Origin: an uncultured Acidobacteriota bacterium | GTDB taxonomy: Bacteria; Acidobacteriota; Terriglobia; Terriglobales; Acidobacteriaceae | Assembly (NCBI GenBank): GCA_963743375.1 | Contig: CAVUQA010000015.1 | Coordinates: 7,801-71,800 of the forward strand | Direction: 5' to 3' | DNA length: 64,000 nucleotides | Shown: one piece after another, positions 9,930 to 18,904 of the stretch | Layout: the number at the start of each line of letters is the position of its first letter | Position numbering within the stretch: position 1 is the first letter of the stretch | The notes under the pieces: generated by a model | Told to the model about the DNA's origin: nothing | The model's input: only the letters and a program-made list of their open reading frames with translations | Databases searched by the model: none | Position numbers and translations under genes: made by a program

Positions 9930-10413
9930 ATGCTACCGGCGAAACAGATTGAGATTCGCCGCGCTGTGCGGGACGATGCTCAGGCGATTGCGGAAGTGCT
10001 GCAGAAGTCGTTCATCGAGTTTAAAGCTCTTTATACTGAGGGCGGATTTGCGGCGACAGTTATCCGCGCGGAGCAAGTTCTAATTCGTATGTGGGAAGGG
10101 CCCGTATGGATAGCGCTGTGTGACGGTGTTGCTGCCGGCACGGTGGCGGCAGTGATCAGGGGTGATTCGGTTTACATTCGGGGCATGGCGGTGGTCGCGG
10201 CTGCGCGCGGATCGGGCGCGGGTGCGAAGCTGCTCAAATGCGTGGAAGACTGGGCGCACGGCGAGGGACACGTTGCGGATGTTCCTGAGCACGACACCGT
10301 TTCTTCATTCCGCGATTCGGCTGTATGAAAGATTCGGCTACCGGAGGACGGACGATGGCATGAACGATCTGTTTGGTACGCCATTGTTTACGATGGAGAA
10401 AAGCGCGTGGTGA
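9930..10413 (+). pseudogene. GNAT family N-acetyltransferase, frameshifted
   Basis: ORF 9930 carries motif A (IRGMAVVAAARGSGAGAKLLKCVEDWA). The expected motif B tail RMFLSTTPFLHSAIRLYERFGYRRT.. is in the frame of ORF 10162-10413. The break is at about 10272-10276 and is consistent with one extra g in gttgcgg. Confidence 0.8.
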
Positions 10414-10440
10414 GCAGTTTGAAAAGCTTGTCATTCGAAA

Positions 10441-10493
10441 GCGCGATTTTGTCGCGCGAGGAATCTGCTGGCCCGGCGAACAGCAGATTCCTC
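10441..10493. other. tandem hairpins downstream of the GNAT pseudogene
   Basis: gcgcga-tttt-gtcgcgc (6-bp stem) is followed immediately by a perfect 13-bp stem gaggaatctgctg (10458-10470) / cagcagattcctc (10481-10493) with a 10-nt loop. No U-tract follows. Confidence 0.5.
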
Positions 10494-10668
10494 ACCGGCA
10501 AAGAATGCCGGTTCGGAATCACAAGATATGAGGGGCGGAACTACATGAGGTATGGAAGAAGGTCGTGAGTGTTTTGAAAACAATGAAAAGTAACTGAATG
10601 TCCAGCAAGTCCGGAGACCCGATCTACCTTAAGGAGTAGGACATCAATGATAAGAACCCTTCGGCCAC

Positions 10669-11613
10669 ATGGGCATTTACAGTCCCGCCGCAGGATTACA
10701 GCAAATCCAACCACACATGACTCCGGAGAATGCGAACATGCGATCAGCGCCTTCGACAACTACAGCGACCCACGGTGGCACGCTCTGGGTTCGCTACGAG
10801 TGGGACTTGCGACCGTCACTACCGGACGTTGTAGCCCCTGCGCACTACTGTTTCCGTTCAGCCAGAACGGACGAGGCGGAAGCATTGAAGCAGGTCGTCC
10901 TGACGGCCTACGGTTCCGATCCCGTCTGGGGATTGATGATCAACGATATCGCGGGGCGAATGACCGACCGAATACGGACGACACTCGGTTGCCCCGGCAC
11001 GGATTATATCGTTGCAGAGTGTGACCAGCAGATGGTAGCCGTTTCAGGAGTTGCGCTCTCTCACTGGAGCCAGCAGAATTTCCTGACGGGATTGTGCGTG
11101 TTGCCTTCTCACCAACGGAAGGGATTGGGTAAGCACTTGCTTTTTCTGTCACTCCGTCGACTGCGAGGCATGGGGTTGGAACAGGCGACGGTGTACACGG
11201 AACACGGCTCCATTGCAGATCTAAAGCTGTATCCAAAATTCGATTCCGTTAAGGAGGAAGGCGTTGTTTATCCAGCCTTAAAATCTCCTTCAGAGCCGGC
11301 ACTGAGTTCAATTGTTCCAACAGTCTCGGTCAAACATAACGTTTATTTCGATGGGAAGGTGCAGAGCCTCGGGTTCAATTTGGAAGGAGACTATACGACA
11401 ATCGGTGTGATCGCTCCCGGCACGTACCGGTTCTCAGCGGAATTGGAAGAACGCGTGGCTGTGCTCATAGGCTATCTCACCGTGAAAATCGGCGAATATT
11501 GGCGCGAAGTGCGACCTGGCCAAGGGTACTTGGTACCAAAGGGAACGTCCTTTGATGTCCGAACCGAGGAATATGTGGCGTACGTGTGCTATTACAAAGA
11601 TGGCCACCCGTGA
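10669..11613 (+). CDS. GNAT acetyltransferase domain fused to a PpnP (pyrimidine/purine nucleoside phosphorylase, DUF1255) domain
   Basis: 314 aa. The central GNAT motif A is CVLPSHQRKGLGKHLLFLSL. The C-terminal roughly 95 aa (HNVYFDGKVQSLGFNLEGDYTTIGVIAPGTYRFSAELEERVAVLIGYLTVKIGEYWREVRPGQGYLVPKGTSFDVRTEEYVAYVCYY) align along the full length of E. coli PpnP/YaiE as I recall it. Confidence 0.8.
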   Translation: MGIYSPAAGLQQIQPHMTPENANMRSAPSTTTATHGGTLWVRYEWDLRPSLPDVVAPAHYCFRSARTDEAEALKQVVLTAYGSDPVWGLMINDIAGRMTDRIRTTLGCPGTDYIVAECDQQMVAVSGVALSHWSQQNFLTGLCVLPSHQRKGLGKHLLFLSLRRLRGMGLEQATVYTEHGSIADLKLYPKFDSVKEEGVVYPALKSPSEPALSSIVPTVSVKHNVYFDGKVQSLGFNLEGDYTTIGVIAPGTYRFSAELEERVAVLIGYLTVKIGEYWREVRPGQGYLVPKGTSFDVRTEEYVAYVCYYKDGHP

Positions 11614-11834
11614 AGAGAGTGTTTCTAAGTAATGATGCCGCTTAAGATTATGTGGACGTAGTCTTGTGCTTTGTCGGAAGAGGTGTGCCCGTGTAACCCA
11701 ATGATCCGGCCGGGTACGTCCAGCGTCCGTCGTCCGGGCGACGCTGAAGGAATCCGCCGCCGTGGAGCTGACAACCTAGTAACTCTAGTGCCGCACGGCA
11801 AGGCTAAGTTCGGCGTCCCTAAGTCGGAGGTCTC

Positions 11835-12228
11835 ATGAAGCTGAAATTGATGCTGTGTTCGTCTTGTGCCCCTGTTGCTGTTCTCTTCTTTGTTGTCGAA
11901 TGCGCAACAGGAGCGCGAGCCGCGGCTGTGGCTGACAATTCCAGACCGGACTGCCATGATGGCGCCGCAAGCGGCCGCGCTGCACTTTTCTTCCGAAGCC
12001 GGTCAGTTACCGGTGTACACCTCAAATCGCAGCGGAAGCATTTCGATCGATGTGAATGGAAAAGTCGCAACTCGCTCGCTGATGATCGCATCCACCTTTG
12101 ACGCGTCTGATCCGATTGCCTGGCGGCAATGGCATCACTGGAACATCGCTCATAATTTAGTAAGCTTCATCTGCACGCAGCGGAGAGAAATGTTTTGGCC
12201 ATTCGCATTCTCCCGGAAGGAAACATGA
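11835..12228 (+). pseudogene. hypothetical secreted protein, probable frame break just after the signal-peptide start
   Basis: ATG at 11835 gives MKLKLMLCSSCAP... The protein-like continuation (PLLLFSSLLSNAQQEREPRLWLTIP...IAWRQWHHWNIAHN..) is in the frame of ORF 11866-12228. No family was recognised. Confidence 0.35.
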
Positions 12229-12308
12229 ACCTAGCCTATTTCGACTTCAAACCGGCTCCAAAAGACCAGGCACCGAAAGGGCAATTGCGGTCAGCACAAA
12301 ATTTGGTC

Positions 12309-12348
12309 AAGTGGTTATTGCAACTCCGGCTAAAGTGGTTATTGCAAC
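12309..12348 (+). promoter_or_regulatory. perfect 16-bp direct repeat pair (candidate operator) upstream of the DUF1223 gene
   Basis: aagtggttattgcaac occurs at 12309-12324 and again at 12333-12348 (24-bp period). The pair lies about 50 bp upstream of the GTG start at 12397, which has a GGAG about 10 nt upstream. Confidence 0.35.
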
Positions 12349-12396
12349 GAGGAGATTTTCGTCGAATAATTAGTTTGCTAACCTGGAGATAGATCA

Positions 12397-13217
12397 GTGC
12401 GGTCTTCAATGTGCGGGGTTTTATTCTGCGGTTTCTTGCTTATGCAAACGGCGCCTGCCACCGATTCGCCCCGTCAGGAAATAGAAAATAAAGCGCCGGT
12501 TGTTGAAAGGTCCGACGCGGGTGGTCACACCATTCTCGTCGAGCTGTTCACTTCTGAGGGCTGTTCCAGTTGTCCTCCAGCGGATGCCCTCCTCCAGAAA
12601 CTGGACGCCACACAGCCTGTTCCTGACGCGCAACTGATCGTCCTCAGCGAACACGCGGATTATTGGGATCATGACGGTTGGAGAGATCCTAACTCCTCGC
12701 CGGCTCTGACCGAACGTCAGGCTGCTTATGTCAGTGCACTTGGGCTAAAGACGTCCTACACTCCCCAAATCATCGTGGACGGAACTGCTGAAATGCGCCT
12801 GGGCGATCCGCAGCAGGAGATCAAAGTCTTTCAGGAAGCCGTCGTCGCCCCCAAGATGTCGGTACGCATCGGCGACGTGATCGTTGATACCGGGAATCCG
12901 GCCGTTCTTCAAACGCACATTGAAGCGGATGGCAATTCCGACAAACACAACGCCGACATCTACGCTCTGTCGTTCTCGATCATGTGGAGTCACAAGTCTT
13001 GCACGGCGAAAACGGAGGTCGGCACTTGACCCACGTTGCCGTTGTGCAGCAGATCACGAAAATAGGAAAGCTAAAGAAGGGGCAGGTCTTTGGTGAGGCT
13101 GTTCAACTGAAACTCAAGCCCGGCACAGATCCAAAGACCGTTCGGATCGTTGCTTTTGTACAAGAATCCGGGCCCAGCAGAATCCTGGGCGCCGCTTTAC
13201 GCAGGCCGGTAAGCTGA
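12397..13217 (+). pseudogene. DUF1223 domain protein, frameshifted
   Basis: Family hallmark ILVELFTSEGCSSCPPADALL..LSEHADYWDHDGWRDP is present. The C-terminal part ..VVLDHVESQVLHGENGGRHLTHVAVVQQI...VRIVAFVQESGPSRILGAA continues in the frame of ORF 12984-13217. The break is at about 12960-12972. Confidence 0.8.
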
Positions 13218-13299
13218 GTAATCGCGGCCTCCTCAACGCGAGATTGCCGGAGGGTTTTCGCGCTCGGCGCGGATTCCGAATCACGAATCGAATTCTAAT

Positions 13300-13770
13300 A
13301 TGGAACTGCTCGAACATCTGCGTCGTCAGTTTACCTACGATGAATGGGCGAACCGCGAAGTGCTCGTCGGATTAAGCGCTGGCGCACGCCCGGCCGGGCG
13401 GCCGCTGCAACTGTTGGCGCACATTCTTTCCTCCGAGCGGCTGTGGCTGGAGCGCATCAAGAAGCAACCGCAAAGCCAACCCATATGGCCAGATTTCACT
13501 CTCGAGCAATGTAAAGCGCAAATCGCTGACCTCACTGTGCTATGGCACGACTATCTCGGCCAACTTTCTTCCGCTCAGCTCGCGGAGAAGGTGACCTACA
13601 AAAACAGCAAGGGCGAGTCGTTCACCAGCACCGTGCAAGACGTTTTGACTCACGTGCTACTGCACTCGGCGTATCATCGCGGGCAGATCGCCACCCAAGT
13701 ACGTGCCGGCGGTGACACGCCGGCATACACTGACTTCATCCACGCCGTACGGCAGGGTCTGATTGACTAG
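13300..13770 (+). CDS. DinB family protein
   Basis: 156 aa with DinB-type blocks YDEWANREVL and HVLLHSAYHRGQIA. Confidence 0.88.
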   Translation: MELLEHLRRQFTYDEWANREVLVGLSAGARPAGRPLQLLAHILSSERLWLERIKKQPQSQPIWPDFTLEQCKAQIADLTVLWHDYLGQLSSAQLAEKVTYKNSKGESFTSTVQDVLTHVLLHSAYHRGQIATQVRAGGDTPAYTDFIHAVRQGLID

Positions 13771-13994
13771 GCGAGTGAATAAACGCTGACCGACTGAGAG
13801 GGGCATCCGGGGGAAATACTCGCTCCGATCTGCCACCAACTTCATAACGCAGAGTCTATCAACTTGTATTGTGTCTATGAGCTTGGTTGCGGGCTATGGT
13901 AGTGTGTGACGATCTTCGCGGTGCCTCAGCGAGCCGACAAAGAGCCAAACAAGCGACCTCCCTCGCGCGTCGAGGGGTGACGATTGAGGGCTCG

Positions 13995-14039
13995 GGTAGT
14001 GTCTTAGTTTGATGTCGGGAAGCAAACTAGGACACTACC
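13995..14039. other. long hairpin in a roughly 550-bp intergenic region
   Basis: The 17-nt arm ggtagtgtcttagtttg (13995-14011) pairs with caaactaggacactacc (14023-14039) across an 11-nt loop. There is one G-U position if the + strand is transcribed. Confidence 0.5.
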
Positions 14040-14321
14040 AGGGGCTCTGCCCGCGACGCGAAAGACAACAATGTGGGGTAGAATGCTCTCCCGGCAAAGT
14101 AGGTTTCACTAGAGGCGCAGCGTTCCTGTGGAAGCTAATGCCTGCAATCGTGATCATCGAAATCTAAGGAAGCGAACGATGTGAGTTTTGACGGGAGATG
14201 CGAAGTGACACCGCTGCGAGTGTTTGATGTTGGCTGAAAGAGCTTACGTGAGGCAAGGAGTGCAATTGATTCCGGTAGGCATGGGAACAGCGCCAACGAG
14301 ATAGTTCTCCAAGAAAAAAAG

Positions 14322-15131
14322 ATGACCGAAACAAGCCCGACGGAAAGAACGCAACTCGATTGGGCGGCGGATGCGCTGCTGCGCTCAGGTCACATATCGT
14401 TTCCGTTGGCCATTATCGCCCTGGGTATCGAGACATTCGTGTGCGCAGGCTCGTTGGTGGGAACCCTCATTCAGACCGACCGCTTCGGAAAGATATTAGG
14501 CCCGATCCTCGCGGCCTGCGGCGTGGGCCTTCTGTTCGAGCGCACAGCACGAACGGGCGCGATGGCGCTGGGCAGTCTGCTGTTTCTGTACACCTTAGTC
14601 TTCGAAGTGCCGAAATATACCACCAACCTGGGCAGTATGACCCTCCGCACCCAAGTGTTTGAGCCTCTCGCGCTTGCGACTCTCGCCTGGCTCTTACCGG
14701 GCCAGGACGCAATACCGAACTGGCTGGCACGCGCCAGTCGGTATCTGCTGGCAGTGTCCTTCATCGTGTTTGGAGTAGACCATTTTCTCGCTCTGGGGCC
14801 CATCGGAACTCTAATACCGCCGTGGATTCCATGGCACGTGTTCTGGATCGGTTTCTTTGGTGCTGGCTTCATCGCCGCGGGACTGAGCATCAGCCTCAAT
14901 AGCCAGCTGCACTGGGGAGCAGCCTGTATCGGCCTGATGTATGCGATTTGGGTCTTCACACTTCATCTCCCCAGAACTCTTCTTGGGCTCTACGGTGGAA
15001 GCGGCCCGCGCAGTCCCGACGAGTGGTCGAGTCTGTTCATCGCCGTTGCTTTGTGGGGAGGCCCGTGGGTTCTAGCTTCGAATGTTCAAGTTCGGTCTAG
15101 CGGAAAATCTGAAACGGCCGGGAGGTGGTAG
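14322..15131 (+). CDS. integral membrane protein (DoxX-like, tentative)
   Basis: 269 aa with about 6-7 hydrophobic helices (e.g. FPLAIIALGIETFVCAGSLVG, YLLAVSFIVFGVDHFLALG, VFWIGFFGAGFIAAGLSI). No catalytic motif was recognised. Confidence 0.65.
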   Translation: MTETSPTERTQLDWAADALLRSGHISFPLAIIALGIETFVCAGSLVGTLIQTDRFGKILGPILAACGVGLLFERTARTGAMALGSLLFLYTLVFEVPKYTTNLGSMTLRTQVFEPLALATLAWLLPGQDAIPNWLARASRYLLAVSFIVFGVDHFLALGPIGTLIPPWIPWHVFWIGFFGAGFIAAGLSISLNSQLHWGAACIGLMYAIWVFTLHLPRTLLGLYGGSGPRSPDEWSSLFIAVALWGGPWVLASNVQVRSSGKSETAGRW

Positions 15132-15253
15132 ATTCGCATGCCAGCAAACATTTCATGCTCAGGTGGGGTTGCGGTTGCTTCCAGGTTTTGTATTGGACAG
15201 GCAATATCCCGAACCAAGCCCTCAATAGTGGCCTTCGCCGCGTGTGATGGAGG

Positions 15254-15349
15254 TTAGGCTTGTGGTGTGTCCCTTGGGGATTGCGACATGGCCAGAATCG
15301 AAGTGATACCATAGCCAACAAGCAAGCAAAGATGTAGAAAGCGGCTCAT
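15254..15349 (-). CDS. candidate 31-aa hydrophobic small protein
   Basis: MSRFLHLCLLVGYGITSILAMSQSPRDTPQA*. AAGGAGG lies 4 nt upstream of the ATG, and the ATG overlaps the TGA of a 40-aa upstream ORF (ATGA). It is too short for the ORF track and there is no homology evidence. Confidence 0.25.
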   Translation of the reverse strand: MSRFLHLCLLVGYGITSILAMSQSPRDTPQA

Positions 15350-15492
15350 CCATCCTCCTTCCCTCGGGCCATACCGGCCGCGTTTGCTTTTGCGCCAGAA
15401 GGCGCTCCAACCAGAGCCTCTCTGCCGAAAGAATGTGAGCCAGGGTTTTTAGCGATTGCGGCGCTCATAAGCTTACTCCTTAAACGAAGGCT

Positions 15493-16054
15493 TTACTCCT
15501 TGCGACGAGCCCACAAATCCTCATAAGTGCGCCAGTCTTTCCCCACCAATGTCTCTCCGTGCCAATGAAAAGAATTCGGCTTGATATCGGAAAAGATCCA
15601 GCGCATCGGGGTACCACCGCCGATTTGGCCAACCATAACAATCTCGTCGCCGACCTTCTGGCCTTTTAGAATCGTCGCCGCCCCGCGAAGCGGCTCAATC
15701 CAGGTGACTTTCCACAATTTGGTCTTGGGGTCATAGAATCGCACGGTAGTGTCGTACTCCTTTAGATCAGAATCGCTGCGTTCCGTTTCGATCCAGACAT
15801 CTTGCACTGCGGTTCCCTGAAGCACCCAGTGAAAATAGATCTCACCCTTCTGCGTCGGACGGCTTCCGTCGTCGTGATACTCGATACTCTCGAACTGCCA
15901 CGATCCGACGAACTGACCAAACAACATGAGCTGATCGCGATTCTCAGCAGCTGGCTTTTCTGACAACAGCGCGGGAAAAGTACTCTGCGCCGGCTGCGCC
16001 GACAGCTGCGAATACGGAGAACAGGGCCAGCAGACACACGCTGATCCGTGCCAT
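15493..16054 (-). pseudogene. DUF1579-like beta-barrel protein (tentative); signal peptide in a different frame from the mature domain
   Basis: The mature domain ..FVGSWQFESIEYHDDGSRPTQKGEIYFHWVLQGTAVQDVW..FHWHGETL is in the ORF ending at 15493. A strong signal peptide MARISVCLLALFSVFAAVGAAGA starts at 16054 in another frame. A break at about 15990-16025 is implied, unless translation starts at the internal MLFGQF. Confidence 0.5.
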
Positions 16055-16211
16055 CTTCCACCTCCTGCGACCGAGCCGCGAATACACCAATTCCCACGAA
16101 TTGCTTCATCAGTCCCCCAAATCGCCCATCTCAGCTTCCTGCGAGCTGATTGCGCGATCCGGACGAAATCCGTTATGCCAAGCCACCAATGATCTTTCTG
16201 ATTGCTCACAT

Positions 16212-16805
16212 TTAGTGCTGGAAACGACCCACTAGTTCGCCACTCGCCAGAACGTGCCCCTTCATAGCCTTTAGGACTTGCTTCTTCGAAGCTTTAGGGG
16301 GGAGATTCAGCTTTGTATCGAGGGCGTACAAATCAAAGACGTAATGGTGAGGCGAATGTCCCGGAGGGCAAGGGCCCACATAGCCGGTCCTGCCATAGTC
16401 GTTCGGACCTTGGCGGGAGCCGTCCGGAAGTTGTTCCTGTTTTGCGACATCCTCCGTCAATTCACGTTTGTCGGCAGGCATATCGTAGAGTACCCAATGC
16501 GTAAACTTAAAACCAAATGGGGAGTCCTTGTCGAATACGATCAAGGCAAAACTCTGCGCGCGGTCCGGTGGCGCACTCCAGGACAATTCAGGAGATGTGC
16601 CGTCTTGCCCGCCACAAGAAGAGTACTTTTGTGGGATCGTGTCGCCCGTTAAGCTACTGCTTCTGAACTCCAAGGAGAGTACTCCCGCTTGGTCAGCAGC
16701 ACGGCTGCATCCAATGAGGATCCCGACTGTCACGGTCAATAGCAGCCCAAGCCACGACAAAACGAAGAACGAAGTATTGAATTCGAAGCGTCTTCGAGAG
16801 ATCAT
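16212..16805 (-). CDS. YbhB/YbcL (PEBP) family lipoprotein
   Basis: Lipobox ..GILIGC, plus PEBP blocks SPELSWSAPP, FALIVFDKDSP, FTHWVLYDMP and GYVGPCPPGHSPHHYVFDLYAL. The start is taken at MISRRR (16805), not at the ORF's first Met. Confidence 0.85.
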   Translation of the reverse strand: MISRRRFEFNTSFFVLSWLGLLLTVTVGILIGCSRAADQAGVLSLEFRSSSLTGDTIPQKYSSCGGQDGTSPELSWSAPPDRAQSFALIVFDKDSPFGFKFTHWVLYDMPADKRELTEDVAKQEQLPDGSRQGPNDYGRTGYVGPCPPGHSPHHYVFDLYALDTKLNLPPKASKKQVLKAMKGHVLASGELVGRFQH

Positions 16806-16900
16806 GTCAGAACATGCACCAACGACAAGGGATACACCACAATACAGAAGGAGACGCTTCTTCCGACTGTCCACCAAGGCTTTTTCTCGCATCGAGGTCA

Positions 16901-17428
16901 CTAAGTACGCACGGGAGATTCAGTTATGGTATTCTCCTGCGCAGACACTGCCAGCCAATTTCCATTCCGTCGCACGAAAACGTCTGTAAAAAGCAGCTTC
17001 GCGACCACGTGATCTTCTGAAGTCACACTTATGAGCGTCCCCCTCGCTATCGCCGTCGATTCATAGAGAATCATGGTTAGGTCCTCGAAGCGCCTCTCAT
17101 TCGCGAGGCGAGAAGAGAGATGCGAGCGGTAATACGAAAGGAGCTCTGCCTTGGTTATGAAGTGGCCAGAATCTGGAGCCGGTCGAATGAAATCATCTGC
17201 CAGAACGCGGTCGATCTCATTCACATCGGCAGTATTAAGAGCGTTGAGCCAGTCATTTTCAAGACGAGCCACGATGCCCTTTTCCCGCTCCGAGTCTCCT
17301 TTCTTGCGTGCTTCCGAGATTTGCTGTGCCAAAACTGTTATTGTCACGAAGAGGGTGACAATCAAGGTAATGGCCGCCAACTTTCGAAATCTCCACACGA
17401 GGCTAGCGAGCGACCCGAATACGTACAC
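16901..17428 (-). CDS. NTF2-like / DUF4440 (SnoaL-like) domain protein with N-terminal anchor
   Basis: 175 aa with a TM/signal segment (LAAITLIVTLFVTITVLA), then LENDWLNALNTADVNEIDRVLADDFIR...FTDVFVRRNGNWLAVSAQ. Confidence 0.72.
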   Translation of the reverse strand: MYVFGSLASLVWRFRKLAAITLIVTLFVTITVLAQQISEARKKGDSEREKGIVARLENDWLNALNTADVNEIDRVLADDFIRPAPDSGHFITKAELLSYYRSHLSSRLANERRFEDLTMILYESTAIARGTLISVTSEDHVVAKLLFTDVFVRRNGNWLAVSAQENTITESPVRT

Positions 17429-17582
17429 ACTCTCCTCCCGTCACGAGAAATCAAATGCGCAATCTACAGGCCACGGGGCTATGATCGCAGCCCGGCAAGG
17501 CTCGGTCTTGAACGAAAGTGACCCTTGCGTGATCCGGAGTCATGCCATTTCTACTGACACTTCCCGTAAAAGAGTTTCTATC

Positions 17583-18311
17583 TCACGACCAGCGCCAGGC
17601 CATTAGGAAGGCGAGAAGGTACTCGATAAGATTTCCGACGTTGTGGCCGATGATTGAGGGAAGTAGACTGCAGGATTTCTCGTACCAGTAGGCGTATATG
17701 ACGCCCCAAAGGAAGGCATAAGCCTGCTGGCTGGCGGCGACACGGAAGGATTGCGTCCAGAAGGATCCCACATGTGCCAGGCAGAAGAGCACGGCAACAA
17801 TCAAGCCGGCGACGTGTAGATCGAAGCGACCGAGCCGGACGTGTCCCGACATGCGCTGGGCGAGGAAGGTGACGAGCAGACCGCGAAAGAGGATCTCCTC
17901 GACCGTGCCGGCGTATAGACCTTCGAAGGTCAAAGAGCCGGCTAGATTGGTGGAGGATAAGAAAAACTTCTCCGGCGGCAGATGGGCGATGATGTTGTGC
18001 GCGTAATCGGCAGCTGTCATCACGATCCCGAAGAGGACGCCGAAGAGCAGGGCGGCGTAGACATATCCGTTAACGGACGGAGCTTTGAAGCCGAACTCGC
18101 GGAAGCGGCCGTGGCCGATGAGCGCGATGCAAATCAGCGTAGCCAGAAGCATGCCAGTGTGTCCGAAATAAAAGACAGTCCACGGCATCGCCGTGAACCT
18201 GGGTCGACCGATGAAGTGGACGGCTACAGTATTGACGGCACCGTCGACCAACTCTCCCGTCATGCTGAATCCCCAGTTCAGTGGCGCTCCGGAACCAATC
18301 GACGTATTCAT
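17583..18311 (-). CDS. CPBP family intramembrane glutamic endopeptidase (CAAX protease-like)
   Basis: Motifs VEEILFRGLL, FCLAHV and IIGHNVGN lie in a polytopic protein. The start is taken at MNTSIG (18311). The upstream 163 codons of ORF 17583-18800 look non-coding. Confidence 0.85.
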   Translation of the reverse strand: MNTSIGSGAPLNWGFSMTGELVDGAVNTVAVHFIGRPRFTAMPWTVFYFGHTGMLLATLICIALIGHGRFREFGFKAPSVNGYVYAALLFGVLFGIVMTAADYAHNIIAHLPPEKFFLSSTNLAGSLTFEGLYAGTVEEILFRGLLVTFLAQRMSGHVRLGRFDLHVAGLIVAVLFCLAHVGSFWTQSFRVAASQQAYAFLWGVIYAYWYEKSCSLLPSIIGHNVGNLIEYLLAFLMAWRWS

Positions 18312-18683
18312 GGTTCCCGCAGGCCGGTGGTCGGATGGAACGGTGGACCCAGTTAGGGTCAGGTAGGGACACACAGCCAATGCGAGAGAATGGGCCGATG
18401 TTTCAAGCGTGGGGTGGCTCTCTTGCCGAAGGGTTCCTTCCTTTTGAGCAGCAAGTCCTGCTAGTCGAAGCTGGTCAGCCAGCCTAGGGATAGGAGCCAA
18501 CAGCAGCCAAAGCTGAGAGCGTCGAGGGAGCAGGATGAACTGGAAGTAGACGCCGATTGACGGCCGTGCAGGGTCACGAAGGACTTCGGGCACAGGAGCA
18601 GTGACGAAACGGGCAATGGAGGTCTTTTGGATAACGGCGATCCGCATATTCGTGAAGTCGCACCCCAGACACGGACGCATGCG

Positions 18684-18800
18684 ATGGGGAAATCTGCGCG
18701 GATCGCGATCAGAGCCAAGGGGAGAATTCTCTTCATCGATGCGGCGGATGTTATCGCGGTGGAAGCCAGGCACCCTGAACTTCTTTGTCCAGGAGATCAC
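18684..18800 (+). pseudogene. LytTR-domain regulator remnant (N-terminal stub)
   Basis: MGKSARIAIRAKGRILFIDAADVIAVEA parallels SRIAIRAGHEILFIDPADIVAVEAEG of the intact LytTR gene at 39240, sharing cggatcgcgatcagagc and gcggtggaagcc. The rest of the domain is not recoverable in any frame. Confidence 0.45.
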
Positions 18801-18904
18801 AATCGTTCAAGACGGAAGAATGTGGAACCCAGAGAATCATTCTGATCGCAGGGCGGAAAGGCACCTCAAAGTCGGTGTACCCGACCATTGAGAGGGTATC
18901 CAAG

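Noticed and set aside
12309-12348. Direct repeats as a possible minimal CRISPR array
   Set aside because: There are only two 16-bp copies with an 8-nt spacer and no cas genes. The dimensions are far from CRISPR repeats and spacers.
18312-18800. 163-codon N-terminal extension of the CPBP ORF (17583-18800)
   Set aside because: The extension is Arg/Pro-rich without TM segments or motifs, and it overlaps the LytTR stub on the other strand. The CPBP core begins near MNTSIG.
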